Assembly: GCA_965112735.1 (NCBI GenBank)
Contig: OZ218950.1
Span: forward strand, 5,704,001 to 5,768,000
Origin: Phaeosaccion multiseriatum
Lineage: Eukaryota; Protista; Ochrophyta, other classes
Length of the DNA: 64,000 nt
Reading direction: 5' to 3'
Part shown: in pieces, positions 12,342 through 25,877 of the stretch
Position numbering within the stretch: the stretch's first letter is position 1
Layout: each line of letters opens with the position of its first letter
Notes under the pieces: model-generated
Told to the model about the DNA's origin: nothing
Database searches by the model: none
What the model saw: the letters and a program-made list of their open reading frames with translations, nothing else
Program-made: the position numbers and the translations under genes

Positions 12342-13275
12342 ATGCTGCTGAGGTGCGCTCAGCAACAGCTCTTCAAGTCTTGCGCACGGGCATCCTCGGA
12401 CAGTCTGGGCAGGAGGTTTTGTTTGTCTGCTCGACGAGGCCTGTCCCAAGTGAGCCCCAGCAATGAACTCGATGCTGCCACGGCGCTCTCGCTGTACGCG
12501 CCGAGCGCAGAGCACCAGCTACTCAGAGAGATGGTGCGCGACTTTGCGGAGACGGTGCGTGGCAGAAGAAGGGGTTGGAACTGTGAATGGAGGCGTTGCC
12601 CTCCTTTCTCGTGTCCCTCCTCCCTCAAATCTCACGGGGACCTTTTTACCTCTTCCCAATCCCCTAGGAGGTGGACCCGCAAGCGCAGGACTTCAACAGG
12701 TAACAGCCTAAGACAGAGCTTCTAAGACAGAGCTTCCTCCCAGCAAGTTAGTTGCCGTTTGTTCCCGTTACTCCTCCGCCATCCCTCACACTTCCCCCCT
12801 TCCCCCCCACTTCAGACGAGAGGCTTTCAACCTCCCCCTGTTCAAGCAGGCCGGGGAGCTGGGTCTGCTTGGAGTGACTGTGGATGCGGAGTACGGAGGG
12901 TCTGGCATGGACGCCACCGCCGCCGTCATCGTGCACGAGGAGCTCTCTGCCGCAGACCCCGCCTTCTGCTTGGCGTACCTGGGTGAGAGAGGATGATGGG
13001 GGCAGGATGATGGGGGCAGGGGTGCTTAGGCGTTTTAGAATATTTGAAGGGAGGGCTACTTGGTCTATCTCGTTGAGATGGGGGCCGTATGAGAGGGGCT
13101 GGACAAAGGGTGCCCTGGTGCCTTCTGCTTGGCGCAGCCCCATACCTCGGTGAGAGGGGCGGGCAGGGGGGGGGGCGTACTCGTGCCGAGCTGCAGCCTT
13201 CTGGAGGCGGAGAGGGGTGCACATACTTTTTATACTACTTCGTAGTATTTGAAGGTGGGAAGCTCATCTCTCAAA

Positions 13276-13313
<38 letters not shown>

Positions 13314-16055
13314 GTCTTGTCTTCTTCCTTCCCCCCCCTGCCGACCCGCCTCCCAGCCCACTCCATGCTATTCGTCAACAATCTCTCCCAAAACGGAAGC
13401 GCCGCTCAGAAGGCCCGCCTGCTCCCCCTGGCTTGCAGCGGACACATCGTGTGCGGCATGGGCATGAGCGAGGCAGGCGCGGGCACCGATGTGTTAGGAA
13501 TGGCCACCACAGCCGAGAAGAGCGCCCAGGGGGGCTCATACGTAAGTGCGCCTCTTGTCTCGCTCTCTACTGTACTTGGTAGGGTTGAGGGGCTTGTGGG
13601 GGAGAAGGAGGAAGGGTGTCCTCTTGTCCTCTTGTCCTCTTGTCCTCGTGTCCTCTGTCCTCTGTCCTTTTTATCGAGAGCAAGGACGGGGTTATCTGTC
13701 CGTCTCTTCTGTCCGTCTCTGCTCGCCGTGGGCGGCCTCCCTCCCTCCCTCCCTCCCTCCTCTCTCTCTCTCTCGCTGCTTGCGGCCCGTGTACTCATTC
13801 ACGAGTGGGATCGCGCTTGCTGGGCAGGTACTGAATGGCGCCAAAATGTGGATCACCAACGGGACTGTTGACGGCAGCTCCACGGGCGACGCCTTTTTGG
13901 TGTACGCTCGCACAGGGGCAGGCCCCAAGGACGTCAGCATGTTCCTTGTGGAGAAGGTGGGCACGGAATTAAGCAGCCAGGAGAGGAGGAGAGGGAGGAA
14001 AGGGAGGGGAGGGAGGGGAGGGCGTCAACTGTCAGACCACTGTCAGCAGAAGCAGGGGGGAGTTCAGCAGTACGGCCGATGGTGGGGAAGGTCGCAAACA
14101 AACGCCAAGTGCCCCCCCCTCGCTCGCTCTGCGCCAGAACGAACCGAGACGTCGATGTAGTCGAATCGCGTTGAGAGCTCGCCCCCTTGTGCCTCTACCG
14201 CCTCACAGCTCAAGAGTTTTGTTTCGTCTTGGTCTTGCCTCTCTCCCCAATGCAGAACATGCCAGGCTTTTCTCTGGGTCAGAAGATTCAAGACAAACTC
14301 GGTACGTGCTACACCCCCCCCCCCCTCCGCCGTGTGTGGGGCTTAAGCCAGTTGCGGGCCTCCTCCCTCCCCTCTCTTTCTCTTCCGCCCCGACCTTCTC
14401 TCCCTCACTGCCCTACCGTGTCCGCCACCGAAGTGTTAGTGTCTGTCTGTGTATGTGTGAATGTGTGTGTATTAAAGCCCGACGCGATCGATAAATTCGT
14501 TGCTGCCTGCCTTGCTGCCTGCCCTGCTACTTACCCTACTGCGGCTGCTTACACTTAACTACTCTCTGCCCTACTGCTGCTGCTGCGGCCCCCCGTAGGC
14601 ATGAGAGCGAGCATGACCGCGGAGCTCGTCATGGACCACGTCCAAGTACCGGCACACAACCTCGTGGGCACAGAGGGGGCCGCTCTCCTCTGCATGATGC
14701 GCAACCTTGAGATCGAGCGAGTAACGCTGGCTGCCATGAGCCTGGGTATTGCCAGGAGAAGCATCGAGGTCATGAATCGATACGCAGGGGAGAGGCAGGC
14801 CTTCCGTCGGCCCATCAACAACTACGGGCAGATACAGAGACACATTGCCGAGTCTTATGCCGAGTACATGGCCGGACGTGCGTACACGTACAGTGTGTCG
14901 AATGCACTGGACCTGGCGAGCGTGGGCAACGGCCTAGACGCGGATGGGACCAAGTGAGTGCGTGAGTGAGTGAGTGAGTGAGTGAGTGAGGGAGGGAGGG
15001 AGGGAGTGAGTGAGTGCGTGAGTGAGTGAGTGAGTGAGTGAGTGAGTGAGTGAATCGGTTAGTCAGTCAGTCAGTCAGTCAGGGAGTGAGTTATTGAGGG
15101 AGGGAGAGGGGGAGAGAGGGAGGGAGGGAGGGAGGGAGGTAGGTAGGGAGGGAGGGAGGGAGGGAGTGAACGAGTGCGTGAGTGAGTGAGTGAGTGAGTG
15201 GGGGGGTGGGGTTACGGGCAGGGGCAAGACTGGGGGCAGGGTAGGGACTTCACTTTGCATTGCTTTGCCTTAATGCTCAGCCAATCGTCGTGTTGAACCC
15301 CGTGCTGACTCCTGTTCACTCCTTTGGATCCTCCTCACACCTCACACCTCACACCTCACACCTCTCACACTTCACACCTCACACCTCACACCTCACACAG
15401 GCTGTACTGCAGCACGATGGCCAAGAACGTCGCTGATCGGGCCATCCAAACGCTGGGGGGCTACGGTTACACCGGAGAATACCAGCTAGAGAGACTCTGG
15501 CAAGTGTCTTACGTTCAGTGACGAGGCATAATCATCACTTTGTCACTCTCCTCTCTCCTGCTGTACAACGACCACCGAAGGACAAGAAGAGCATGACCCT
15601 TGATACTGACTACTACCGCTCCTCTGTCTATCTCTCTGTCTCTCTCTTGTCTTGATACTGACTACTACCGCTCCTCTGTCTATCTCTCTGTCTCTCTCTT
15701 GTCTTGATACTGACTACTACCGCTCCTCTGTCTATCTCTCTGTCTCTCTCTTGTCTTGATACTGACTACTACCGCTCCTCTGTCTATCTCTCTGTCTCTC
15801 TGTCTCTCGCTCTGCCTCTCTCTTGTCTTGATGCTGACTACCGCTGCTCTGTCTATCCCTCCCTCTCTCTACCTGTCTCTCTCTCTCTCTCTCTCTTGTC
15901 TTGATGCATGCCCTGCTTTCTTTCTTGCTTGTTGCTTGGTCTTGCTCGCTTTGCTCAGGAGAGACGCCAAGCTACTGGAGATTGGGGGGGGCACTGTCGA
16001 AGCCCACCACAAGAACATGGTGCGGGACCTCCGGAGGATCGATCGCCTCCCGTAG
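12342..16055 (+). CDS. IVD: Isovaleryl-CoA dehydrogenase, mitochondrial (acyl-CoA dehydrogenase family)
   Basis: Exons 12342-12554, 12668-12699, 12816-12981, 13357-13541, 13828-13956, 14256-14301, 14599-14953, 15401-15499 and 15959-16055. Motifs GMSEAGAGTD, LNGAKMWITNG, KLGMRAS.TAEL, LEIER, AIQTLGGYGY, RDAKLLEIGGGT; Arg-rich mitochondrial-type presequence. Confidence 0.92.
15599..15905 (+). repeat. Intronic ~52-bp tandem repeat (ttgatactgactactaccgctcctctgtctatctctctgtctctctcttgtc)
   Basis: About four near-perfect copies plus degenerate copies in the last IVD intron. Confidence 0.9.
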
Positions 16056-16776
16056 GCATGACCTGGTGTCAGGACCTGGTGTCAGGACCTGGGGGAGGGG
16101 AGGCCCATGACTCAGGGCTGCCGAGAGATAGGCCCCCCTTGAGTGTACAAAGACTGTAAATTGTAAATTATGTATTTGAGAGAGGGAAGGAGAGATTTGT
16201 ATGAAGCCGGTGTGTCTTACTCTGCATGTGGGCCGCCAACCACGGTGGTCAAAAGGATTGATTGTAAATTGACTTTTATAAAATAAATAAACGAAGTGAA
16301 GTGCTATGTGAGAAATGTTTTCCAACACCTGTAAAGACATCGAGTGCATATATATAAACACACTCACACACACTCACTCACACACGGAGTGACCCACCAC
16401 GGTCGAAACACACGAAGGGTTGGGGGGTGGCAGAGCTTTCGGTCCTTGGCACATGCCTGCTGGACCGCTCCACCTGCTTCTATCCGATATCGACAGCAGC
16501 TAGACAGAAGGACCGCCACCAACGACGCAGCCAGCCCAGCAACACGAGGGTCGGTGCTTGCTTTCTTTAGCTCCTTCCTGCATGCACCTGCATCTGCATA
16601 CACACACACGGGCTACGGCTGAGGAGCGCTCGGTCCCGGGGGGGGGGGTGGTCGTGGTGGTTGTCCGGCCAGCTTCGAAACTTCAACCATTTCGACTCTC
16701 ACTTTGATCACTTCATGTCTCGAGGACGGGAGGGGGGGCTCTCCCGCTCTCTCTCTCCCGTGAGACGAAAGCTCCT

Positions 16777-16902
16777 CGACTATGGCTCAACTATGGCTCG
16801 ACTACAGTTGTATGGGTCGACTACAGTTGTATGGGTGGGTCGACTACAGTTGTATGGGTCGACTACAGTTGTATGGGTCGACTACAGTTGTATGGGTCGA
16901 CT
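16777..16902 (+). repeat. 19-bp tandem repeat (tcgactacagttgtatggg)
   Basis: About five head-to-tail copies in the IVD/GT10 intergenic region, without unique spacers. Confidence 0.9.
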
Positions 16903-17469
16903 GGGCTCAACTGAAGGCTGCAGCCCCGAGATCAGCGAGACACCCCACGACCTCACAGCCCTAAGAATTGCTGGAGAGAGCGTGTCCCTCCACCCACTGT
17001 CCACCGGCAGTCGATCTTTGGAGCGTCGCTCGAAGCAAAAGAGGCAGGAGAGCGGTGCCTGGCTGGTCGACGCACACACACACAAGCAGTGCACAGCCAG
17101 TCCGACGAGGCGGGGCAGCGAGCCGAGTCCGGCCATCGGCAGGTAAGGGTAAGCAGCAGCCAGCAGACTGCGCGAATGCGTGCGTGCCTTGCCGGGCGGC
17201 AAATGTCTTGTCCGCCCACAGCGGCGCTTTCAACCCTCAGAGGAACAAGCACGAAGAAGCTAGAGCGGCTGGAAGCTTCCACCATAACACCCCCCCCCCC
17301 CAAACGCGCAAGACGATCGGGGCCCTGAGGGGGGCTCAGAGTGAGTATCGCTCATCCGCACCAGCACCAGCACCAGCACCAGCACCAGCACCAGCACCAG
17401 CACCAGCACCAGCACCAGCTTGGGCCTTTCGTGCAATGGCAAGGCCTCCCTCTAAGCCTCGCTCATGAT

Positions 17470-17804
17470 TCACAGTTCACGCTTGGCGCTGGCGACTAAA
17501 TCGCACACCCTGCACATTGCCGAGTACGAGTAGGCCGAGTGCTTCATGAGCGTGTCGAAGGCCACGGGGGGCTTGTCACGCCAAGCGTGGTACTTGTTGT
17601 ATTCCTCCTAAGGGGGGAGGGGGAGGAAGGAGAGATGGTGTGAGGCACAGAGAGGGGGACGATGGAGAGAGACGAAAGGGGCAGACGCAGAGAGAGAGAG
17701 AGAGAGAAAGAGAGGGAGGGGGGGGGGGGAGAAGGGGGAGGCAGAGACAGAGCGAGCGCGACAGAGAAAGGGGACAGGTGGAGGAAGAGAGAGGGTGAGA
17801 GAGT

Positions 17805-17836
<32 letters not shown>

Positions 17837-20800
17837 CGGTGAGGGAGAGACAGAGGAGAGGCGATGAGCATGTTTCGCACGCGCCAAGGGAGGGGATCCA
17901 TCAGCCAAGCAACATGGCTGAGTGGGTCTTAGTAGGTGTAAGTATGCCGTTCTTGGTTGGCCGTCTCTCTCCCACCTAAGCTCCGCCCCGCTCTCTCTCT
18001 CTCCACCCCTCAGCCCTCACCTCGTTTGTTGCCAAGAACTTGAGGTACTCCGCCAAAGCCTTGGCGTCCTTAAAGTCCGATTTCTTTTGGCATTCGGCAG
18101 TGGTGCGCGAAGCAAGGGTGGAGGCAGACGGGGAGGTTGGAGGGAGAAGCAAGTGTTGAGTGAGGAGATGGATGGGTGGGTGAATAGGTAGGTGGTAGGA
18201 CTTGTCGAACTTGAGAGAGTGGGGCGGAGAGAGAGAGAGAGAGAGAAGGAGGTGGGGCGATGGAGACTCTCAACTCAAGAAGCAAGCTAGCTACACCCCC
18301 GACCCCAAAACTTCAGACGATCGGGTCGGCTTGAGGTGCATGGGGAGCAAGCAAGTAAGCAAGCCAGCCAGCAAGTAAGTAAGCAAGTACATCTTCTACC
18401 GAATCACACGCACCATGATGACCGAATGCTCCGGAAGGTACTCTTCGGCGTTCTTGCCTCCCCAATACACAGGGACGGCGCCGGAGAGGAAGCCGTGGAA
18501 CACCTTCTCACTTATGTAGTCATCGACCTGATCGGTGTTCTCAAAGGCGAAGTAGAAGAGATAGTTACCCACCACTTCAATCTGCGGAGGAGGCAAGCAG
18601 AGGCAGCACCAGCAGCAGCAGCAGCAGCAGCAAGCAGCGGCAGCAACAACAACAACAGCCAGGGCGCAAAGGATGGACTGAATGCACGTAATATCAAGAG
18701 GCATTTGGCACGATAATCGATCCCCAATGGACAACAGTTGGCCTTGCTTGATGAGTGACTGAAGCGTAGATAGATACAGATGGGTGGGAATGGCAGGTAG
18801 GTAGCAAGGTGGGTAGGTAGACAGGCAGGTCGGTAGGCGGGTAGGCAGGTAGGTACACACACACACACACACACATACACGCAGACATAGCTACATACAC
18901 CCACACACACACCTTGTTGGCGTGCCTGTCGTTTGGGTCTTTGCTCTTGATAGGCGGCTCGTTCCGATTGCGGAAACATTTGCCGTAAGAGTGCACCGGC
19001 ATGTGCTTCATTATCTCCTGCAGGAAGCTCGCACGGGCAGAGGCCTGCACGCTCTTGCAGTTGGATGCAAAGGCGGCAGCTAAGGCGCCGGTGCCGTAGC
19101 CGGTCTTGGCTGCAAAGCTGAAGCCGATCCAGGCGGGTGGAAAGGGCAAGGAAGGGAATAGAGCCATGTAGAGGCGGAGGCGAGGGGGTGGAGAGAGGAA
19201 AGAGGAAGGGAGAGAGAAGAGAGAGAGACAGGGAGGAGGGAGAGGTAGGGGAAGAGATGAGAGTGAGGGAGAGCATGTGTAGCTAGCTAGTGGCGTTGAA
19301 AAGAGAGGCAGCGTTCCAAAGTCTCAAAGAACCCTTCCAGGCAAATGGAGGGAGGGAGGGAGGGAGGGAGGGAGGGATGCGAGGAGTGCCTGGTCATATG
19401 CTATAAAGAGGGTTTGGTAAGAATGTGGATGTGGCAAATAGTGAGCCAAAGAGCATCCGCAAGCAGTAGTTGCAGAGACATCAAGGAAAACCACGACCAA
19501 CTAGCGCGGAACAAGGATTGTGGTGACGTTGGTGGATAGATGGATAGATAGATAGAGGCTGCTTCCCTTGCCTTGCCTTCCCACCTGGTAACGCCTGCGT
19601 CGTGGTAGTAGTCCACCTGCAGAGGGAGGCCTTGTGTGTAGGACATCTGCAGAGTGGCCTTCTTTTCATAACTCATGGTGTAGTCGAAGCGGTTCATGTA
19701 CTGCGGGAGTGAGGGGACGGGACACAGCAGTACAACAGGCGGGGAGGGGGAGGGCAAGGAGGATGGGTATGCGTTGCATTGAAGGGGAAGGAGTACCGAG
19801 GAGAGAGGAGGGGTGGTGGAATGGAAGGCCCCCGCCAACAGCAGTGCAACAGCAGTGCAACAGCAGTGCAACAGCAGTACCCTGCTAAGACGGCTCAAGA
19901 GGGTTCAGTCCAAAGGGTGCGGATTGAACTTCGCTCCATCCCTACTCTGCTGGTCTGGTCAATACATCCTTCGCCGTCGTCCGATGCTCCTTGCGCGCTT
20001 CGCTTAACACTGCAATACACACGCACCGATTTGTTGTGTAGCAGCTTGGCGACCTGCGGCCATGTGCTCGGTTCCAAGTTGAAGCTGATGTACTTGATGC
20101 CTGGCCGTTTCGATCTGCGTGGACGCCACCAGACGAGAGAGGCCAGACGTAGGAGAGGGGAGAGGGGAGAGAGAGAATACCACAAATGAGAAAGGGGATG
20201 AGGAGAGAGAATGCCACAGAAGAGAGGGGAGAAGGACGCGGAGGCAGACTGATTTCCGCCCTGGTTCGCTGGCGCGAGAGGGCAGTGGAAGCAATAGAGT
20301 CACGAAGGAGGGTCCTCTCCCGTCCGCTCTCGGCCTCTCCACCCCCCCCCCCCCCAGTGCTTTCCCAGCGTCCCCTGCCTCGCCCGTGCTCGGGTCACGA
20401 AGTTGATGAAGCAACCCCCAGCCAGCAAGCCCCACCCAACTCCGTGCTCACTATCATCGACCGCCTCCTTCCCTCCTTCCCTCCCTCGCACTTCCTTCTT
20501 GGAGAACCCCTCTCTGCATGCCCTCTCCAAGCCTGTCATTCAACGCTTGCCTTGGGAAATCGAGTTTGTCGTGCGTTGATGCCAGGAAGAAGACGGCATC
20601 GGCTTGCCCTCGTGACACGGCGCTCTGAGGGAGCAGGGGGGGTGCGACAGGGAAATGTGTACATCAGAAACCGCTTGCGTCGCTTGCTCACTCAATCGCT
20701 TCCTCCCTCCCTCCCTCCCTCCGTCCCCCACTCCCTCACTCCCTCACTCATCTCAGCGATTCACTCACCCACTCACTCACTCACTCACTCACTCCCTCAC

Positions 20801-21766
20801 TCACTCACTCACTCACCTGATCTTGCGTCCAAACGCACTCCGTAGAGCATTTCTGTCGAGCATCTCGCACAAACTCTGGCCATTGATACGGCAGTCTCCC
20901 CTGTATGTCCGTCCAAACCACCACCACAATTCTCTCCTTCCCTGCCGCCACTGGATCGCTCAGGTCGAACCCTTCGGGCCCCTTTGCCAGCAAATTGTCG
21001 CACCCCTATGCCGCACGAATCAATCAGGAGCGTGCACGAGAATGAAGAGGTGTTGCAGAGCAGGGAGGAGAGGAGATGAAGCCTGAGAAGTCTGCCCACC
21101 AACACGATGCACACGAACGACCACAGGATATCACCACAGACCGCTTGACCCATGACACCACTTACTCACCATGCCATTGGCCTTTTTCACGAGCTCCTTC
21201 GAAAGCCGGCCCCACGATCGGCCGGGGCGGAACCCGTATTCTGTCACGAATCTCTCGCACGTGTGGTAAGCAGCCTAAGGTTCATATGGAGAGGAGAGAA
21301 TAAACAACTGGGCTCAGGGTCATTCTTACAGCAGGTACGTGCTTCTATTCTTCTCTCTTCCTCGTTCCCTCTTTTCTTCACTTCTCTCAACATGGAACAT
21401 ACCTCAGTGGCCGCCGTCTTCATTGCTCTCCGTCCTTGATCTGCGACAATTGAGTGGTCGCTGGCATTGAAGTTGTTTGCCCACTGAACAAGCCACAGAG
21501 GAAGACAGAGGCGGAAGAATAAGATGTTAGAGCTGTTGCTGAGGGAAAATCGCTACTGACAGTTGATTTGCGGGAGATTGAAAGAGTATCTGAGCTCTTC
21601 TTTGGATTACCTCGTCGTTACGTGGGTTCTGCTCCCAACCCGCCCCCAAGCCACCTTCATTTGTGGCATGCTCAGCGCCCAAGGCCCGCTCCACGTGATC
21701 AGCAACACAGGCACAAGTTGAGAGAGTGAGAAGGACAGAAAGAAGTTCTATCGAGGCTATCTTCAT
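17470..21766 (-). CDS. Alpha-1,3/4-fucosyltransferase (GT10)
   Basis: Exons encode FNLEPS, YMNRFDYTMSY, AAAFASNC, VHSYGKCF, the GT10 motif YLFYFAFENTDQVDDYISEKVFHGFLSGAVPVYWG, EEYNKYHAWR and terminal MCRVC. The 5' end (signal-like MKIASIELLSVLLTLSTCACVA at 21766) is uncertain. Confidence 0.88.
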
Positions 21767-21857
21767 TGTCCTTTTGGTAAGAAGAAGAAGAAAGAGAAGA
21801 TCCTCAACTGCCGATGGCAGTGCATGGAAAGAGGATGGCAGTAGAGGGCGAAAAATC

Positions 21858-24090
21858 ATGGCCTTCCGATGCACAAAGACTTCGTTCAAAATGATTCAAA
21901 TCCCAAGTCTCGGCTTTGTGATAAGATGGGCTTACTTGTGGGCGGTGCTACAGCGAGCGTTCGGGCCGCTGGGCGAACCAGCGAGGAGGCCCACGCCCAG
22001 CGGCGTGAGCAAGGTGTGCGGTCCGGAGCAGCAGCTCGGAGGCGTGAGGATGCAGCAGGACCCCTCGCACCCGCACTTCTCTCGCTTGCTGGGCTTAGCG
22101 TACGGTGTGAACTACGTCCTAGACTCTAGACTAGTGGACGCGGTGCCGAGCCAACCGGAGGACTTTACAGAGGTGGGTGTACAGGCTGAAACTCCAGCAG
22201 AATCTTTGTCTGCATGAAGGAGGAAAAGCGGCGAGAGGGGGGGGGGTGCGAGAGGGTAGGGGAGGCCTGTAGGTCCGTTGGATGTGCAGGCGCTGAGGGT
22301 CCGCTTCTAGACAATTTCTAGACGGTTGCAGCTTCCAAGGGGGGGGGATGGGCCGGCCGTTGGCCATGGTCTTGGCAGGTCTCTCGCGTCCTTCCTCATC
22401 CACTCCCCCTCCACTTTTACCAATGCATGCTGGCTCTCCGTGCCAAACACAGGTTTTGACAGTAGAGCTCGCTGACACGTGCCTTTGGGAGAGGGCCGGC
22501 CTCTCCAGCAACGCCACGACCGACGAAGACACAGCACTCCAAGCCCTGGAAAGTGCCGACGAGAGCAGCAGTGGCACTGGGAGCCAAGAGTACAGCAACA
22601 GCACTACCAATAGCACTGACAGCAGCCCCGAGGACGACAAAGAAGGCGAGGGGGGTGCAAGCTTTACCTTTACAGCCTACGCTGCCCCGGCCTTCGCCAA
22701 GCTGCACCGCCGATGGGGCATTAGTCCGGATGATCTCAAAGAGTCTTTCCGCTTGGACGGAGGGGCCGAGGCTGCGATGATTGAGTTTGCAGCCAACAGC
22801 AAGAGCTCGCAAGCCTTCTTCTTTACGCACGACGGACGGTTCATGATCAAGACGCAGGTAGATACAACAGCCAAGGCATTGCCCTGTATTTCCTCAAGCT
22901 CACTCACGTGTGACATTCCGTCCACCGAAGCGCCTCATGGATATCCCTCATGTTGCCCCTCCCTCCGTCCCTCGCCCCCCCCCTGCTACTCCTGGCCCTT
23001 CCTTCCCTCCCTCCGCTCCACTTCTCCCAATCCCCCCCCCCCCTCCCCCCTCCTCCTCTCAGTCCGAGTCGGAGCTGGCCTCGCTGCTTGAGTTCCTGCA
23101 TCCCTACGCCGATTACATGGACAAGCACCCCCGTTCCCTCATCACACACTTCGTGGGCGCATATCGAGTCACAAACAAGCAGACGGGCAGGTGCGTGCGT
23201 GGGTGCGTCGGTCCTGTTGTTCGGTAGAGTGTGGCAGCAGGGAAGCAGAGGCAGGCAGGGCCAGAAACAAGCGCGCCTGCAACAGACAGACAGGTAGCAG
23301 GAACGCGCCGACCATTATCTTCTATTCAAGTCTGCTAACTATGGCCCGTCGATTCCCCGGGTTTCACCCTACCCTTTCTCTCCCCTTGAATCTCCCTCCC
23401 TCCCTCCCTCCCTCCCTCCGTCTTTCTCTTGTCCCACCCCCGCCCACCACCCACCACAGGAGTGCCATCTTCTCCGTCACATCCAATGTATTCGCTACCG
23501 ACCTTCCCCTCCATTGGCGCTATGATCTCAAAGGCTCGACCGTGGGCAGAATGTGCTCTGAAGCCACTCGCACACAGCCAACGGCGGTGCTAAAGGACTT
23601 GGACCTGCAGGAAGGGGGGGTGCCCCTTCCGCTGGGGCCGAGTGTCAAGCAGGCGCTCATGAAGCAGTTGGAGGAGGACTCTGCTTTCCTCAAGGAGCAT
23701 CGACTCATGGATTACAGCCTCCTTGTAGGCATGCACACACCCGGCACGGGCAAGAAGGGCAAGGGCAGGGGCATGGAAGGTGGGGGACGAAGACGAAGCT
23801 GGGGCCCCAAGCGGCGAAGGGAAGAGAGGAGACGCCAGGACAAGGAGCAGCAGCGGCAGCAGAAGCAGGAGGCAAAGCTTCGAAGCGACACTCCTTGGGC
23901 GGGGTTGGTGGGGTCTGGAGGGGAGGTTATGTACATGGGTGTGATCGACGTGTTGCAGCGGTACACGCTCAGGAAGGGGCTGGAGGCCAAGCTCAAGGGC
24001 GTCATATACGATGCACACAACATTTCGTCCGTGCCTCCCGAGGAGTACCAACAGCGCTTCCTCCACTTTATCGACGCCAACTCAGAGTAG
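21858..24090 (+). CDS. Phosphatidylinositol phosphate kinase (PIP5K family)
   Basis: Exons 22453-22857, 23063-23190 and 23460-24090: FTAYA.PAF..L..WGI, FFFTHDGRFMIKT, YDLKGST, LKDLD, LMDYSLLVG, YMGVIDVLQRY, ISSVPPEEYQQRF. Start uncertain. Confidence 0.92.
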
Positions 24091-25182
24091 TGAGGAGGAC
24101 AGGGGGCCATAAGGGCCCAGGACCGGAGCCAGCACAGGGCTGGAGGGAGGACACAAAGACAGGAGCTGTATTGGGACGAGAGACTAGAAAGGAGAGGGCG
24201 AAGTGGATCACGGGAGCTATGGAGGGCCTGCTCAGGCAAGGTCAGGAATCAGGCATGCATGCAATGTACTGCTCGGCTTCCTTGTGTGGTGCAGGAAGGG
24301 AGCAGCGACAATGTGTCGGATCACCCCCACACACACACACACACATCTTCTCCCCTTCTCGTCCATCCATTACCCCCTCGCCTTGGTGAGTGGGAAGCTT
24401 TGCCTCTCCGCCACCGCACCTTGGAGGCGAGTGAGTGAGTGAGCTGTGGAGGGAGGGAACGGATCTACCGCTATCTGGAAGGACAGCCGATGCCGCCCCA
24501 CTCTGTCGTCGGCAGAGAATGTTGGCAGATCTCCTCTCAGAGACTGAGGGGAGGAGGGAGGTGCGCTGTCTTGTCGAGGGCATGAAGTGCCGATCAATCT
24601 TTTGAGACATTTGAGAACAGAGAGTGACGAAAGACGCAAGCAAGGGGGGGAAGGTCAAGGGAGCGACAGCGACCACCAAGGCCCCACCTGGGCAACAGAG
24701 AAGGGAGAGAAAGAGCAGCAAGAGTAAGAGGCGGAGGACCACCTATGCTACACTGAGCCATCTGTGAGGAGCTTGGGCTGGCAGGGCAGGGCAGACAGGC
24801 AAGACAGGCAAGCATTGAAGGCATAAAAGTCGAAGGAGGAGCAGCAGTAGGAGGCAGCGGGAGGCAAGGAGGGGGCATGCGTCGCCTTGGGCGCCAATGT
24901 CCCCCGTCTGTGGTGGTGGGGCGCTTTTCCCCAAGGCGTCTGGTTAGCCTGTCCAGACTACTCGGCGTTGAGGGTTGAGGCAGAGCCTACTACAGGCGGT
25001 GGCCAAGCCCAACCGTCCGGTGTGGCAGCAGCAGTGCTCAGCTGCGGCGTCTTTGTGTCTGTACAAGGGTCGTTTTCTATTCTCGTTTTTGTGTTTTAGA
25101 CCTGCTGCCCCCCTCCCACTCAACCCGGCGATTACAACTCTCATAATCATGGACAGAAATCATTGACATCCACACAAAGTAA

Positions 25183-25837
25183 CTACAGAGCGCTGCTTTC
25201 CAAGGCCGCTTTGAGGGAGGCCGCCAGGGGCTCTACATCAGGGTCCATCTCGTCCTTGTCCTCCAGCAAGTCCACAAGCTCCTTGTATCGGGCATAGTGC
25301 TCCACCGCCCTCTCCGGCTCGTCGTGGCTGAAGAGCGTGACAGCAAAGTTGAGGTGCACGAGGTAGTCCTCGTCCAGCTCGATGGCCTTCTTGAACGCGC
25401 TGAGGGGAGGGAGGGGGGAAGGAGGGAGGGAAGGGTTAACTCAGGCGCATACGCATACCTGCAGGCTTACGAACCCTATACGGTATACAATTACACGCTA
25501 CCTGCAGCAGTTTTCAAAGTCGTCGAGGCGGCTCAGAGTAACGGCAAGGTACATGTAGCTCGAGGCAAAGTCGGGCTTCATGTTTATGCTCGCGCTGATG
25601 TAATGGAACGCACTCGCCAGCTGGTCCGTGCGGAGATGCACAATGCCGAGATTGTAGCAAATGATCCACTCAAAGGGGTCCAAATAGAGAGCGCGTTTGA
25701 GACACGCCACCGCCGCGACGAAACGCCCCTTGCCGAAGAAGCACATACCAATGTTGTTCCAAAGTTGGGCATTGTTGGGAGTCTGCACCGCTGCCACACG
25801 GTACTTTACAAGGGCCACGTCCATGTCCTGCTCGAAT

Positions 25838-25877
<40 letters not shown>

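Noticed and set aside
16777-16902. CRISPR-like array
   Set aside because: The repeats are head-to-tail with no unique spacers, there are no cas genes, and the context is eukaryotic.
24242-24934. Small secreted proteins between PIP5K and BBS4
   Set aside because: The hydrophobic stretches come from low-complexity sequence, and no consistent exon chain or domain could be built.
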